Shown piece after piece: positions 38,264 to 46,765 of a stretch of 64,000 bases of DNA; the first letter of the stretch is position 1; every line of letters begins with the position of its first letter. This DNA is from Candidatus Iainarchaeum sp. (lineage in GTDB: Archaea > Iainarchaeota > Iainarchaeia > Iainarchaeales > JAXPJC01): contig JACPJC010000005.1 of assembly GCA_016187745.1 (NCBI GenBank), positions 96,001 to 160,000 on the forward strand, written 5' to 3'. Under the pieces are notes generated by a model. The model saw nothing but the letters and a program-made list of their open reading frames with translations. It did not search any database and had not been told where the DNA came from. The position numbers were made by a program, and so were the translations under genes.

Positions 38264-40651
38264 CTATTTCAATTTCACTTCAATTTTATTCCCATAGCCT
38301 ATTTTCTTCGCATTGTGCATTTCCTTCAGGTCCAGCTCCAGCGCCTTCAGGCCTTTCGGGATTGCAATTTCCGCAATCTCATCGCGCAGCCCCATTCCAG
38401 CATCCTTCTTCGCCTTCCACACACAGCCGTTCAGCTCAATCAGCTCATTTGAATTTATTCCAGTTTTTCCCTTTTCCTTCTGCGCTTTTGGGAAGTCCAT
38501 AAAATGCACATCCTTCCCATACAGGTCCATGTATAATTTATAGGTTATGAAGGGAATTACCGGCGCCCAGAGGAGCAAAATTGTTTCAAGGCATTTGTAG
38601 AGGGTTTGTATTGCGCCATTCTGCTCGGAAGCGCCGAACTGCTTCCTGTCATTGTATGCGCGGTTCTTTGCAATTTCCAGATACTGCGAGGCGAATATTT
38701 CCCACAAAAAATTCTTTATGCGCGCGCTTGCGCTGTGGAAATCATAATTCTCATAGCGCTCCCTGCAGTAATCGCCCAATTCATTCAGCTCATTCAGAAT
38801 CCACAAATCAACTTCCCTCAATTCGGCTTTTCCTCCCGGCTTGGGGAACTGCGAAATGAACTTCGCAATATTCCAGAGCTTTATAAGGGTCTTGTTCTCC
38901 CCCGCAATCCTCTCGGACGAGCATCTGAAATCCGTTTTTGTCAGATTTCCCTCAACGCTTGCCCAGAGCCTGAAGGGCTCAGCGCCGAACTTGTCAAGGA
39001 CTTCCTTCGGATTTATCACATTTCCCTTTGATTTGCTCATTTTATGGCCTTTCTCATCCACAATATGGTAATTAATCCACGCGTCCCTGAAAATCCCCTT
39101 TCCGGTTAGCAAAAAGCATTTAAGGAGAGTATAGTAAAGCCATGTGCGTATTATTTCCTTCCCCTGCGGGCGCAAAGTGCAGGGAGCATTTTCCCTGAAA
39201 AAGTTTTCATCCCTCGCATATTTCAGAATATATAGCGGGCTGTTTGAGGAGTCAAACCACGTGTCAAAGACCCTTTCCTCCCCTGCAAATTCAGCGTTTC
39301 CGCATTTCGGGCATTTTTTTATCGGCGCATTTTCCTTCCACGGCCTGTAATATTTCCCCTTCGGTGGCACAACGGTATAATTGCACTTTTTGCAATACCA
39401 CAAAGGCACCTCAGTTGCGTAATAGCGCCTCCTGCTTATTGGCCAGTCAATTGCAAGCGAGTCGATCCAGTCGAGCAGTATCTGCCTTGAGCTCTCATCA
39501 AAAAATCTTGTGGAATCAGCAATTTTCTTCATGTCCTCCCTGAACTCAAGCTGCTTGAGGTAGTACTCTTCCATTGCAATGAATTCAATGTCGTGCTTGC
39601 TCCTTTCGCAAGTGGGGGTTCTGTGCGTTACCTGTTTCCTTGCAACAAGCAATCCGCGCTGCTCCAATTCCTCAACCATTTTCCCCCGCGCCTCCTTTAC
39701 TTTAAGCCCCTTCAGGAAGCCCGCATTTTCATTCATTGTTCCATCTCTCTCAATTGCAATTACCGGCTGCAGATTCATTTCCCTGAAAAACCTTATGTCC
39801 GATAAATCTCCCGCAGAGCACATCATTGCAAGGCCTGTTCCCTTTTCAATTTCCGCGAGCGGATGCGCCCTTATTGGAATTTCCTTCTCAAATATCGGGG
39901 AAATTGCGGTTTTCCCGTTCAGGTGCCTATACCTTTCATCCTTGGGATTGAATATTACCATTCCGCACGTGCACACAAGCTCGGGGCGCGTTGTACCGAT
40001 GATTATTTTTTCCCCTGTTTCCTTTACCCTGAATGCAAGGTCATTGAAGTTTGTGGGTTTCTCAACATACTCGATTTCAGCATCAGCAATTGTCGTCTGG
40101 CAGCCCGGGCAGAAGTTGTTTATGCGCGCATCCTTGTAAATCAACCCCTTGTTCCACAGGTCAATGAAGGTTTCCTGCGTAAGCTGCCTGTAGTCCGCGC
40201 TGTCAGTCAAATACATTCCCCCGATTTCCCTGCTCTCCTCCCAGGAGCTGAACCCAATCCCGAGGCGCAGGAAGGAATCAATTGATTCGGCAGAGCTTTC
40301 CGCAAGCAGCTTTTCGCACAATTTCAAAAACTCCTCGCGCTTAACGTCATTCAGCCTCACATTGAAGCGCTGCTCAACAGCCATTTCTATGGGCAATCCG
40401 TTCCTATCTAATCCCAAGGGAAAGAGCACTTTTTTCCCAATCATGCGGTTGAAACGCGCGAAAAAATCCATCAGCACATAAGTGGTTGCCTGCCCTATAT
40501 GGACCGGCGTATTCACATAAGGAGGGGGCGTATCAATTGCGAAAATCCCCTTTTTTTTGTCGTCCTTGAATCTGTATGCCCCGCTTTTCTGCCATGCCTC
40601 ATAAAGCGGCTTCTCAAGCGCCCTGTCCCAGCTTTTCTCAGTAATTGCCAT
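38264..40651 (-). CDS. valS: Valine--tRNA ligase
   Basis: IDTPPP, HIGQ, D.NGLP.E, TTRPE, DWPISRRR, DTWFDSS, RPQG.EIIRTW, KMSKS. Confidence 0.95.
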   Translation of the reverse strand: MAITEKSWDRALEKPLYEAWQKSGAYRFKDDKKKGIFAIDTPPPYVNTPVHIGQATTYVLMDFFARFNRMIGKKVLFPLGLDRNGLPIEMAVEQRFNVRLNDVKREEFLKLCEKLLAESSAESIDSFLRLGIGFSSWEESREIGGMYLTDSADYRQLTQETFIDLWNKGLIYKDARINNFCPGCQTTIADAEIEYVEKPTNFNDLAFRVKETGEKIIIGTTRPELVCTCGMVIFNPKDERYRHLNGKTAISPIFEKEIPIRAHPLAEIEKGTGLAMMCSAGDLSDIRFFREMNLQPVIAIERDGTMNENAGFLKGLKVKEARGKMVEELEQRGLLVARKQVTHRTPTCERSKHDIEFIAMEEYYLKQLEFREDMKKIADSTRFFDESSRQILLDWIDSLAIDWPISRRRYYATEVPLWYCKKCNYTVVPPKGKYYRPWKENAPIKKCPKCGNAEFAGEERVFDTWFDSSNSPLYILKYARDENFFRENAPCTLRPQGKEIIRTWLYYTLLKCFLLTGKGIFRDAWINYHIVDEKGHKMSKSKGNVINPKEVLDKFGAEPFRLWASVEGNLTKTDFRCSSERIAGENKTLIKLWNIAKFISQFPKPGGKAELREVDLWILNELNELGDYCRERYENYDFHSASARIKNFLWEIFASQYLEIAKNRAYNDRKQFGASEQNGAIQTLYKCLETILLLWAPVIPFITYKLYMDLYGKDVHFMDFPKAQKEKGKTGINSNELIELNGCVWKAKKDAGMGLRDEIAEIAIPKGLKALELDLKEMHNAKKIGYGNKIEVKLK

Positions 40652-40707
40652 GCTCTCGATAATAAATAAAAGAATCAGCATTTTTTAAATGTAATGAATT
40701 TGCATGG

Positions 40708-40908
40708 TCATTTTACTTTTTTCTCAAGCCCCTGGATGAGCTTTGAGAAGGTTGTTATGTGCTTGTGCGTGTCAACAAGCACCTTTGCAAGCTTTTCCAC
40801 GGCCTCCTTGTCCTTCAGTATGAAAACAAAATCCTCATAGTAAGCTTCCGCATTCACCTCTAAGTCAAGGTTGGATTTCAGCATTTTCAGCAGTTCTTCC
40901 TTGTCCAT
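40708..40908 (-). CDS. Small half-ferritin/rubrerythrin-like two-helix protein
   Basis: L..NL.LE..AE..Y..L..V..DTHKH. Confidence 0.65.
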   Translation of the reverse strand: MDKEELLKMLKSNLDLEVNAEAYYEDFVFILKDKEAVEKLAKVLVDTHKHITTFSKLIQGLEKKVK

Positions 40909-40912
40909 GCAA

Positions 40913-41116
40913 TTACACCCCTTCAAACCCGCCGTATTTCTCCCAGAGCTTCTCGACTATCTTCTCATGCTCCGCCTCGTCCTTTGCTATTGCAAGAAGC
41001 GCAGCCTTTATTTTCCTGTCCTTCACAAGCTTTGCCTGCTCAATGTATGTTTCCTTCATTGTCTTTTCAATGCTTATTCCCGAAGCGAGCAGACTCACAA
41101 CAGTCTTGTCAGCCAT
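40913..41116 (-). CDS. Small half-ferritin/rubrerythrin-like two-helix protein
   Basis: GISIE..ETY..A....D..IK..L..IAKDEAEH (ExxH). Confidence 0.75.
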   Translation of the reverse strand: MADKTVVSLLASGISIEKTMKETYIEQAKLVKDRKIKAALLAIAKDEAEHEKIVEKLWEKYGGFEGV

Positions 41117-41170
41117 GTTTCCCAACAGCAAATAGCAAGCAACGAAGTGTTTAAAAAAGTGATTTAATAA

Positions 41171-41289
41171 AGCTGGGGGCGAGATTTGAACTCGCGATCT
41201 TCGGGTTTCAGTTTCTTTTCCCAAGGCTTTTCTTTTTTGAAGAAAAGGCTTGTCTGCAGCCCGATGCATAGCCGCTCTGCCACCCCAGC
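41171..41289 (-). tRNA. tRNA-Cys(GCA) with ~47-nt intron at the canonical 37/38 position (41207-41253); CCA not encoded
   Basis: Acceptor GCTGGGG/CCCCAGC plus U discriminator, D arm, TCGGG-CTGCAG|intron|A-CCCGA, T arm GCGAG TTCAAAT CTCGC. Confidence 0.93.
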
Positions 41290-41391
41290 AATCAGAAACT
41301 ACGTTTCCGATACCTTCCTCTGTTTGAGGCAGATGATATATAAAATTAGCCCTGCAATCTATTTAAAATATTGTTTTGCCACAGTTGTGTT

Positions 41392-42276
41392 ATGTGCGCT
41401 GAAAAAATTCTGCTTGTGAAAACCGCAAGCGAAATTTCCCTTAAATCCGAGCACGTTATGCGCTTCTTCATGCGCAAGCTTGCTGAGAACATAAAGACCG
41501 CGCTGAAGAACAGCGGCGCGGAATGCGGGAGAATCGTAATGGGAAGGGGCAGGCTTTTCATTTCCGCGGATGCCACAAACCTCCAGAAAATCCCGCAATT
41601 GCTCCCCAGGATATTCGGGTTGCATGCATTTGCGCCTGCAGAGATTTATGAGGGTGCTGAAATGGAAAACATCAAAAGCGCGGTTGTGGAATATGCAAAA
41701 CCCCTTCTCAATAATTCCTCCTCCTTTGCGCTTCGCGTTTCCCGCTCAGGGCAGCACAAGTTCAGCTCGCACGATGTTGCAGTGCAGTGCGGCGCGGCAA
41801 TCCAGGCAGCGCTTCCAAACCTGAAGGTTGATTTGAAAAACCCCGAAAAGGAGATTTTCATTGAAATAATAAATAAAAAATTTTATTTATATGATGCGGA
41901 GCAGGCATGCGCCGGCGGGCTTCCTTTGGGAGTGGAAGGTGCGGTTGCTGCGCTTTTTTCCGGAAATGAAAATGACGCGCTTGCCGCATGGCTTGTCATG
42001 AAGCGCGGCTGCAGGGTCTTTCCGATTGCGGAAAAGGAAAGCGCAAAAATAAAAGGCGCGGTAAATTCCCTAATCCCGTGGAACAGCCTCAGGGAATTCA
42101 GAATCAGCAGGGAAAATGAATTAAAGGGATTGATTGCGGAGCACAATCTGCGGGCTGTTGTTTCAGCTGATGAAAATCCCAAAGAGGCTTCAATTGCCGA
42201 ACTTCCAATATTATACCCCCTTGCGTTTTTCCCGGAGCAGATGAAAAAGGAACTGGAAAAAAGGGTTGGTGCATAA
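41392..42276 (+). CDS. ThiI-like THUMP-domain protein with degenerate PP-loop
   Basis: SEISLKS..R..F..L.ENI, VDLKNPE, GGLPLGVEG, MKRG; SGGxDS replaced by SGNEND. Confidence 0.85.
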   Translation: MCAEKILLVKTASEISLKSEHVMRFFMRKLAENIKTALKNSGAECGRIVMGRGRLFISADATNLQKIPQLLPRIFGLHAFAPAEIYEGAEMENIKSAVVEYAKPLLNNSSSFALRVSRSGQHKFSSHDVAVQCGAAIQAALPNLKVDLKNPEKEIFIEIINKKFYLYDAEQACAGGLPLGVEGAVAALFSGNENDALAAWLVMKRGCRVFPIAEKESAKIKGAVNSLIPWNSLREFRISRENELKGLIAEHNLRAVVSADENPKEASIAELPILYPLAFFPEQMKKELEKRVGA

Positions 42277-42936
42277 ATGGCAATAAAGGCAGTAATATTC
42301 GATATGGATGACACGCTCCTGCGCACATACAAAATCGCGTATGGCACATACATGCTCACTGCAAAGGCGCTCGGCCTGAAGAAAGTGCCGATGAAAAAAT
42401 TCCTGAAGCACTGGGGCATGCCCTATGATGAGCTTATCAGGGGCACATGGAGAAATGCGCCAATTGAAGAATTCTCGAGAATTCATGGTGAATTTGCAAG
42501 AAAGCGCTCATATCCCCTGATAAAAGGCGTCAATGAAATGCTTGCAGAATTGAAGCGCAGAAAAATGTTCCTTGCGATAATGAGCTCAAAGCACACAAAG
42601 GCGATCCCCCTGCGCGCAAGGCAGGCGGGCCTGAAGCTGGACTATTTCAGGGAACTGATAGGCCTGGAATCCGCGCCGTTCCACAAGCCGGATGGAAGGG
42701 TTTTCAGGAAGCTCATTGCTGAACTGAAAGGCAGAAAAATAAAAAAATCTGAAACTCTCTATGTGGGCGACGGCCTGATGGATTATGGCGCTGCAAAGAA
42801 TGCGCATTTGCAGTTTGCTGCCGTGCTTACGGGCTTCAGGAAAAGGAAGGATTTCCTGCGCGCGGGATTAAAAGACGAGTGCATACTAAAATCAGTTATT
42901 GAAGTGCCAAAGTTCATTGAAAGCCAAAGCAATTAA
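42277..42936 (+). CDS. HAD-superfamily hydrolase (subfamily IA)
   Basis: IFDMDDTL, KPD, YVGD..D. Confidence 0.9.
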   Translation: MAIKAVIFDMDDTLLRTYKIAYGTYMLTAKALGLKKVPMKKFLKHWGMPYDELIRGTWRNAPIEEFSRIHGEFARKRSYPLIKGVNEMLAELKRRKMFLAIMSSKHTKAIPLRARQAGLKLDYFRELIGLESAPFHKPDGRVFRKLIAELKGRKIKKSETLYVGDGLMDYGAAKNAHLQFAAVLTGFRKRKDFLRAGLKDECILKSVIEVPKFIESQSN

Positions 42937-42973
42937 AAAGTGATTTGCGCAAATTTGGTATGTTGGTGGTAAA

Positions 42974-43561
42974 TTGGGAAAAATAATAGGTACACGTTAC
43001 AAACCGGACGCAAACGGAAAGATGACAGCGGTTGGAGTTATATGGGGCGGAAAAAGGGGAAAAAGAACCGGAAAAAAACGCCATATGGGCTTTACTGACC
43101 TGGATAAGCTAAGGAGATTCAGGTGCCCGCAATATGCTCCGCTGCTTGCTGAAATGAGGAGGCATGGGCCGCTTAAAGGGAATGTTGTTGGAGCCGGAAC
43201 AAACATAACGAAACTTCTGAGATATTTCAGGATAAAAGAGAAAGGCCTTGGTGTTGTGCATGACCTGCGCAATACAGGTGAAGTAATACGGTTTATGGAA
43301 ACAATCGGAAAAGGGAAAGACGGCGCATATGACCATGTTGTCTTAGCTGAGGCTTTGGATGGCCCGCGCATTAATCATGAGGAGATACAGAAGGGGCTGG
43401 GCCTGGCTGCCAATTTGTGCAAGAAAAGCGGAACCGTATGGATTTTCAACTTTGGCAAGGGAATAACTGACGGTCAAATAGCCGCGGCTGGCCTAAAAAG
43501 CATTGCAAAAGCGCATGATGGCCAACGTCTAATATATGGTCTGCAAAGGCTGGTCAAATGA
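42974..43561 (+). CDS. Orphan basic protein, possibly a degenerate SAM-methyltransferase-like fold
   Basis: VVGAGT..HDL..YDHVV..LCKKSGTVWI. Confidence 0.55.
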   Translation: MGKIIGTRYKPDANGKMTAVGVIWGGKRGKRTGKKRHMGFTDLDKLRRFRCPQYAPLLAEMRRHGPLKGNVVGAGTNITKLLRYFRIKEKGLGVVHDLRNTGEVIRFMETIGKGKDGAYDHVVLAEALDGPRINHEEIQKGLGLAANLCKKSGTVWIFNFGKGITDGQIAAAGLKSIAKAHDGQRLIYGLQRLVK

Positions 43562-44808
43562 AGCTTGCAATAATTTCGGACACGCATCTCGGCTTTGGAT
43601 ACGGAAGCGAAAGGGAGCAGGAGAGCTTTGGGAATGCGCAGCAGGCATTTGAATTGGCAATAAGCGGCAGCGCGGATGCAATCCTCTTTGCCGGGGACTT
43701 CTTTGATTCTGATATTCCCTCGCAGGAAACCTGGCACAGGACATTTGAGCTGCTTAAATGCCTGCAGAATTCAGAATCGCGAATAAGTGAAATAAAAATA
43801 CTTGATAGGGAAGGGAATGCGAGGGCTGCAAGGCAGAAGGGGCTTCCGATAATTGCAATCCACGGAACTCATGAATTCAGGGGGAAGGACTACAAGAATG
43901 CGCTTGAGGTTCTGGAAAGCGCGGGCTTCATTATCCATATTCACGCTTCAAAAGCGATTATTGAAACTGATGGGGAGAAAATTGCAGTCCAGGGGCTTGG
44001 GGGAGTTCCTGAAAAAAAGGCTCTGGATGCGCTCAGGGCATGGGCTCCAGAACCGGAAAAAAACGCGCACAATATCCTGTTATTCCACCAGTCCCTCAAG
44101 GAATACCTCCCTTTCGCAGCTGATGATGAGATGTCAGTAACGCTTTCCCTTGATGACCTTCCAAAGGGCTTTGATCTGGTTGTTGATGGGCATTTCCACC
44201 TTAAGAATGAAACTACACTTGCAAACGGCGCAAAATTCGCCATTCCCGGCTCGACAATAATTACGCAGATGAAGGATCTGGAATCAAAAAACCCAAAAGG
44301 AATTTACATTTATGATACGAGAACAAGGGCGCTGAATTTTTTGCAGATTCAAAAACAGCGCAAATTGTTTTATGAAAAGCTGAATTTCAAGGACGCAAGC
44401 GCAGAGGAAGTTCTGGGGAAAGTTGAAGAAAAAATAAATTCATATGTGAATTCGCAGCAGGAGCTTGCTCCGCTCATAAGGATAAAAATTTCCGGCTCCT
44501 TGAAGCAGGGGCTTGAGGCAAGCGACCTTTCTTTCAGGGCAATTATTGAAAAATTCAGGGGAAAGGCGCTCCTTTCAATCGATGACGGGCTTTCCGCTGC
44601 TGCATTCCGGATGAGGATAGACGAATTGCGCGCGCTGCAGCAGAAGCGCGCATCTGTTGCAGAGCTCGGGCTTGAAATCCTTGAGCGCAATCTTGCGCAG
44701 ACTGATTTCAATGGCGCATTTGACCCGCGCGAGCTCATAGAGCTGCTTTCGGACAAGAAGCGCGAGCAGGAGGCGCTTGCGTTGCTTTTGGGCAAGCGCA
44801 TGAAATAA
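43558..44808 (+). CDS. mre11: Mre11/SbcD-type DNA repair nuclease
   Basis: ISDTHLG, AGDFFD, IHGTHE, FHQ, GHFH, IPGS. Confidence 0.88.
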   Translation: MKLAIISDTHLGFGYGSEREQESFGNAQQAFELAISGSADAILFAGDFFDSDIPSQETWHRTFELLKCLQNSESRISEIKILDREGNARAARQKGLPIIAIHGTHEFRGKDYKNALEVLESAGFIIHIHASKAIIETDGEKIAVQGLGGVPEKKALDALRAWAPEPEKNAHNILLFHQSLKEYLPFAADDEMSVTLSLDDLPKGFDLVVDGHFHLKNETTLANGAKFAIPGSTIITQMKDLESKNPKGIYIYDTRTRALNFLQIQKQRKLFYEKLNFKDASAEEVLGKVEEKINSYVNSQQELAPLIRIKISGSLKQGLEASDLSFRAIIEKFRGKALLSIDDGLSAAAFRMRIDELRALQQKRASVAELGLEILERNLAQTDFNGAFDPRELIELLSDKKREQEALALLLGKRMK

Positions 44809-44810
44809 AT

Positions 44811-46187
44811 TTATTTCTTTTTATGGTAATCAATCAGCGCCTTCAGCGCCTTGACAGCATTTTCCGGATATGAGAAATTAACAACCCCTTCCCTTTCCAG
44901 CGCGCGCTTGTGCACCTCTGAGTATGCCCCGCCCACGGAAATTACAACAAGCGGCTTTGCCCTCCTGTTGCTCAATTCCGCAATAATGTCAATCACATCC
45001 GAATTAAGCGTTGGGACCTGATACAAAAGAATCAGGATTACAATATCAACATTCTTGTCCCGCATTGCGGCTTCTGCAGCAGCCTTATAGCGCTCCATTG
45101 TAGCATCGCCGGTCAAATCAAGCGGGTTTCCCAGGACGGCATAGCTTGGGAAGATTTTGCGCAGGAATTTTTTATTTTTTTCCTCCATCTCCGCAAGCCG
45201 CAATCCTTCTTTTATTGCCGCATCAGCGGTTATTACCCCATATCCCCCGCCGTCGGTTATTATCTGAACTCGGTTTCCTTTCGGTTTTGCGACTTTTGAT
45301 AATACTCTTGCAAAATCAAAGGACTCAAGCAGATTTTCCGCCCTTATTATTCCAGCCTGCCTGAAAACAGCATTGTAAACATCCGCGCTTCCCGCAAGCG
45401 AGCCCGTGTGGGATTTAACCGCCTGCATTCCCTCAGCTGTAATCCCTCCCTTAAGCACAATTATCGGCTTCTTCCTCGCGAATTTTTTTGCGCTTTGCAT
45501 GAATTTTTTGCCATTTTTAACCCCCTCAATATACATCACAATCACATTGGTGTTTTTGTCCTGCGCCAAGTATTCAAGCAGGTCGCTCTCATCAATATCC
45601 ATTGCATTCCCGTAGGAAACGAATTTGCTTATCCCAATCTCCTGCATTGATGCCCAGTCAAGCACAGCGCTCCCAAGCGCCCCGGACTGGCTTATGAACG
45701 AGATTTCCCCCTTCTCAGGCCTTTTCAATCTGTACTCAGGCAAAAACAAGGTATCAACACTATTCTCTGTATTCAGTATTCCCAGGCAATTCGGCCCTAT
45801 TACGCGCATTTTTTTGTATCTGCGCTTTATTTTTGAAATTTTCTCCGCAAGTTTTGTATTTCCGATTTCCCCGAAGCCCGCGCTCACAATTATAACCGCC
45901 TCAATTCCCTTTGCCCCACACTCCTCCAATTCCTTCGGGACTTCCTCCGCGTGAACCGCAATTACCGCAAGGTCCAAATCAGAATTTATCTGTTTTAGTG
46001 ATTTATAGCATTTAAGATTCAGCACATATTCTGCGTGGGGATTTATGGGAAATAACTCGCCCTTGAATTTTCCGTTCACAAGGTTGTGCAATATTGCATG
46101 CCCTACTTTTTCAGGGTCGCGCGAAGCGCCTATTATTGCAATGCTCTTCGGGTAGAAGAAATAATCAAGCGCCCTCATTTTTCCCAT
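44811..46187 (-). CDS. acdA: Acetate--CoA ligase (ADP-forming) alpha subunit
   Basis: PKSIAIIGAS, IGPNCLG, SQSGALG, SHTGSLAG, NPLDLTGDA. Confidence 0.93.
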   Translation of the reverse strand: MGKMRALDYFFYPKSIAIIGASRDPEKVGHAILHNLVNGKFKGELFPINPHAEYVLNLKCYKSLKQINSDLDLAVIAVHAEEVPKELEECGAKGIEAVIIVSAGFGEIGNTKLAEKISKIKRRYKKMRVIGPNCLGILNTENSVDTLFLPEYRLKRPEKGEISFISQSGALGSAVLDWASMQEIGISKFVSYGNAMDIDESDLLEYLAQDKNTNVIVMYIEGVKNGKKFMQSAKKFARKKPIIVLKGGITAEGMQAVKSHTGSLAGSADVYNAVFRQAGIIRAENLLESFDFARVLSKVAKPKGNRVQIITDGGGYGVITADAAIKEGLRLAEMEEKNKKFLRKIFPSYAVLGNPLDLTGDATMERYKAAAEAAMRDKNVDIVILILLYQVPTLNSDVIDIIAELSNRRAKPLVVISVGGAYSEVHKRALEREGVVNFSYPENAVKALKALIDYHKKK

Positions 46188-46765
46188 TTCAATCCAATCT
46201 CCAGCGCCCTTGCATTGTTTTCATAATCCTTCGGAAATGTTTCCTTCAGCGCGGCAAGCAATGATTTCCTGCTTATTGGAAGCATTTTGTTTGAAAGTGC
46301 AATCCCAAGCATCGCAATATTCCCATAAACAGGGTTTCCAAGGCTTTTTTCGCAGATATCCGAGGCATCAGCCATGATTAATTTTTTTGCAAAAGGCTTA
46401 AGCATTTTCCCAATCCCTTTCATTTCAGGATATTCCTGCTTATTAAGCCTTGCATATATGGGCACAATGGGAAACGCATCAACAACGAAATTGGTTCTTT
46501 TCCTTTCCGCAAAATAGCACGCGCGCAGCGCCTCCGCGGGCTCCAGCCCGATAATAAGATCCGCCTTTGCTCTTGGTATTGTTGGGCTGTGCACATAATT
46601 TCCGAATCTCAGATGTATTGGAACGGAGCCTCCCCTCTGCGCGAGCCCGTGCAGCTGCGTTCCCCTTACCTCAAATCCCTCAAGGTTTGCTGCCCTTGCA
46701 AGCACAACGCTTGCGCTCAGTACGCCTTCGCCCCCCACGCCAATAAACAGGACATTGTGAATCAT
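46175..46765 (-). CDS. iorB: Indolepyruvate:ferredoxin oxidoreductase beta subunit
   Basis: GVGGEG, HGLAQRGGSV..H.RFG, EPAEALR, N..MLG. Confidence 0.93.
   Translation of the reverse strand: MIHNVLFIGVGGEGVLSASVVLARAANLEGFEVRGTQLHGLAQRGGSVPIHLRFGNYVHSPTIPRAKADLIIGLEPAEALRACYFAERKRTNFVVDAFPIVPIYARLNKQEYPEMKGIGKMLKPFAKKLIMADASDICEKSLGNPVYGNIAMLGIALSNKMLPISRKSLLAALKETFPKDYENNARALEIGLKWEK

Noticed and set aside
41117-41269. N-terminal extension of ORF 40913..41269
   Set aside because: Overlaps tRNA-Cys; ATG at 41116 is the sensible start
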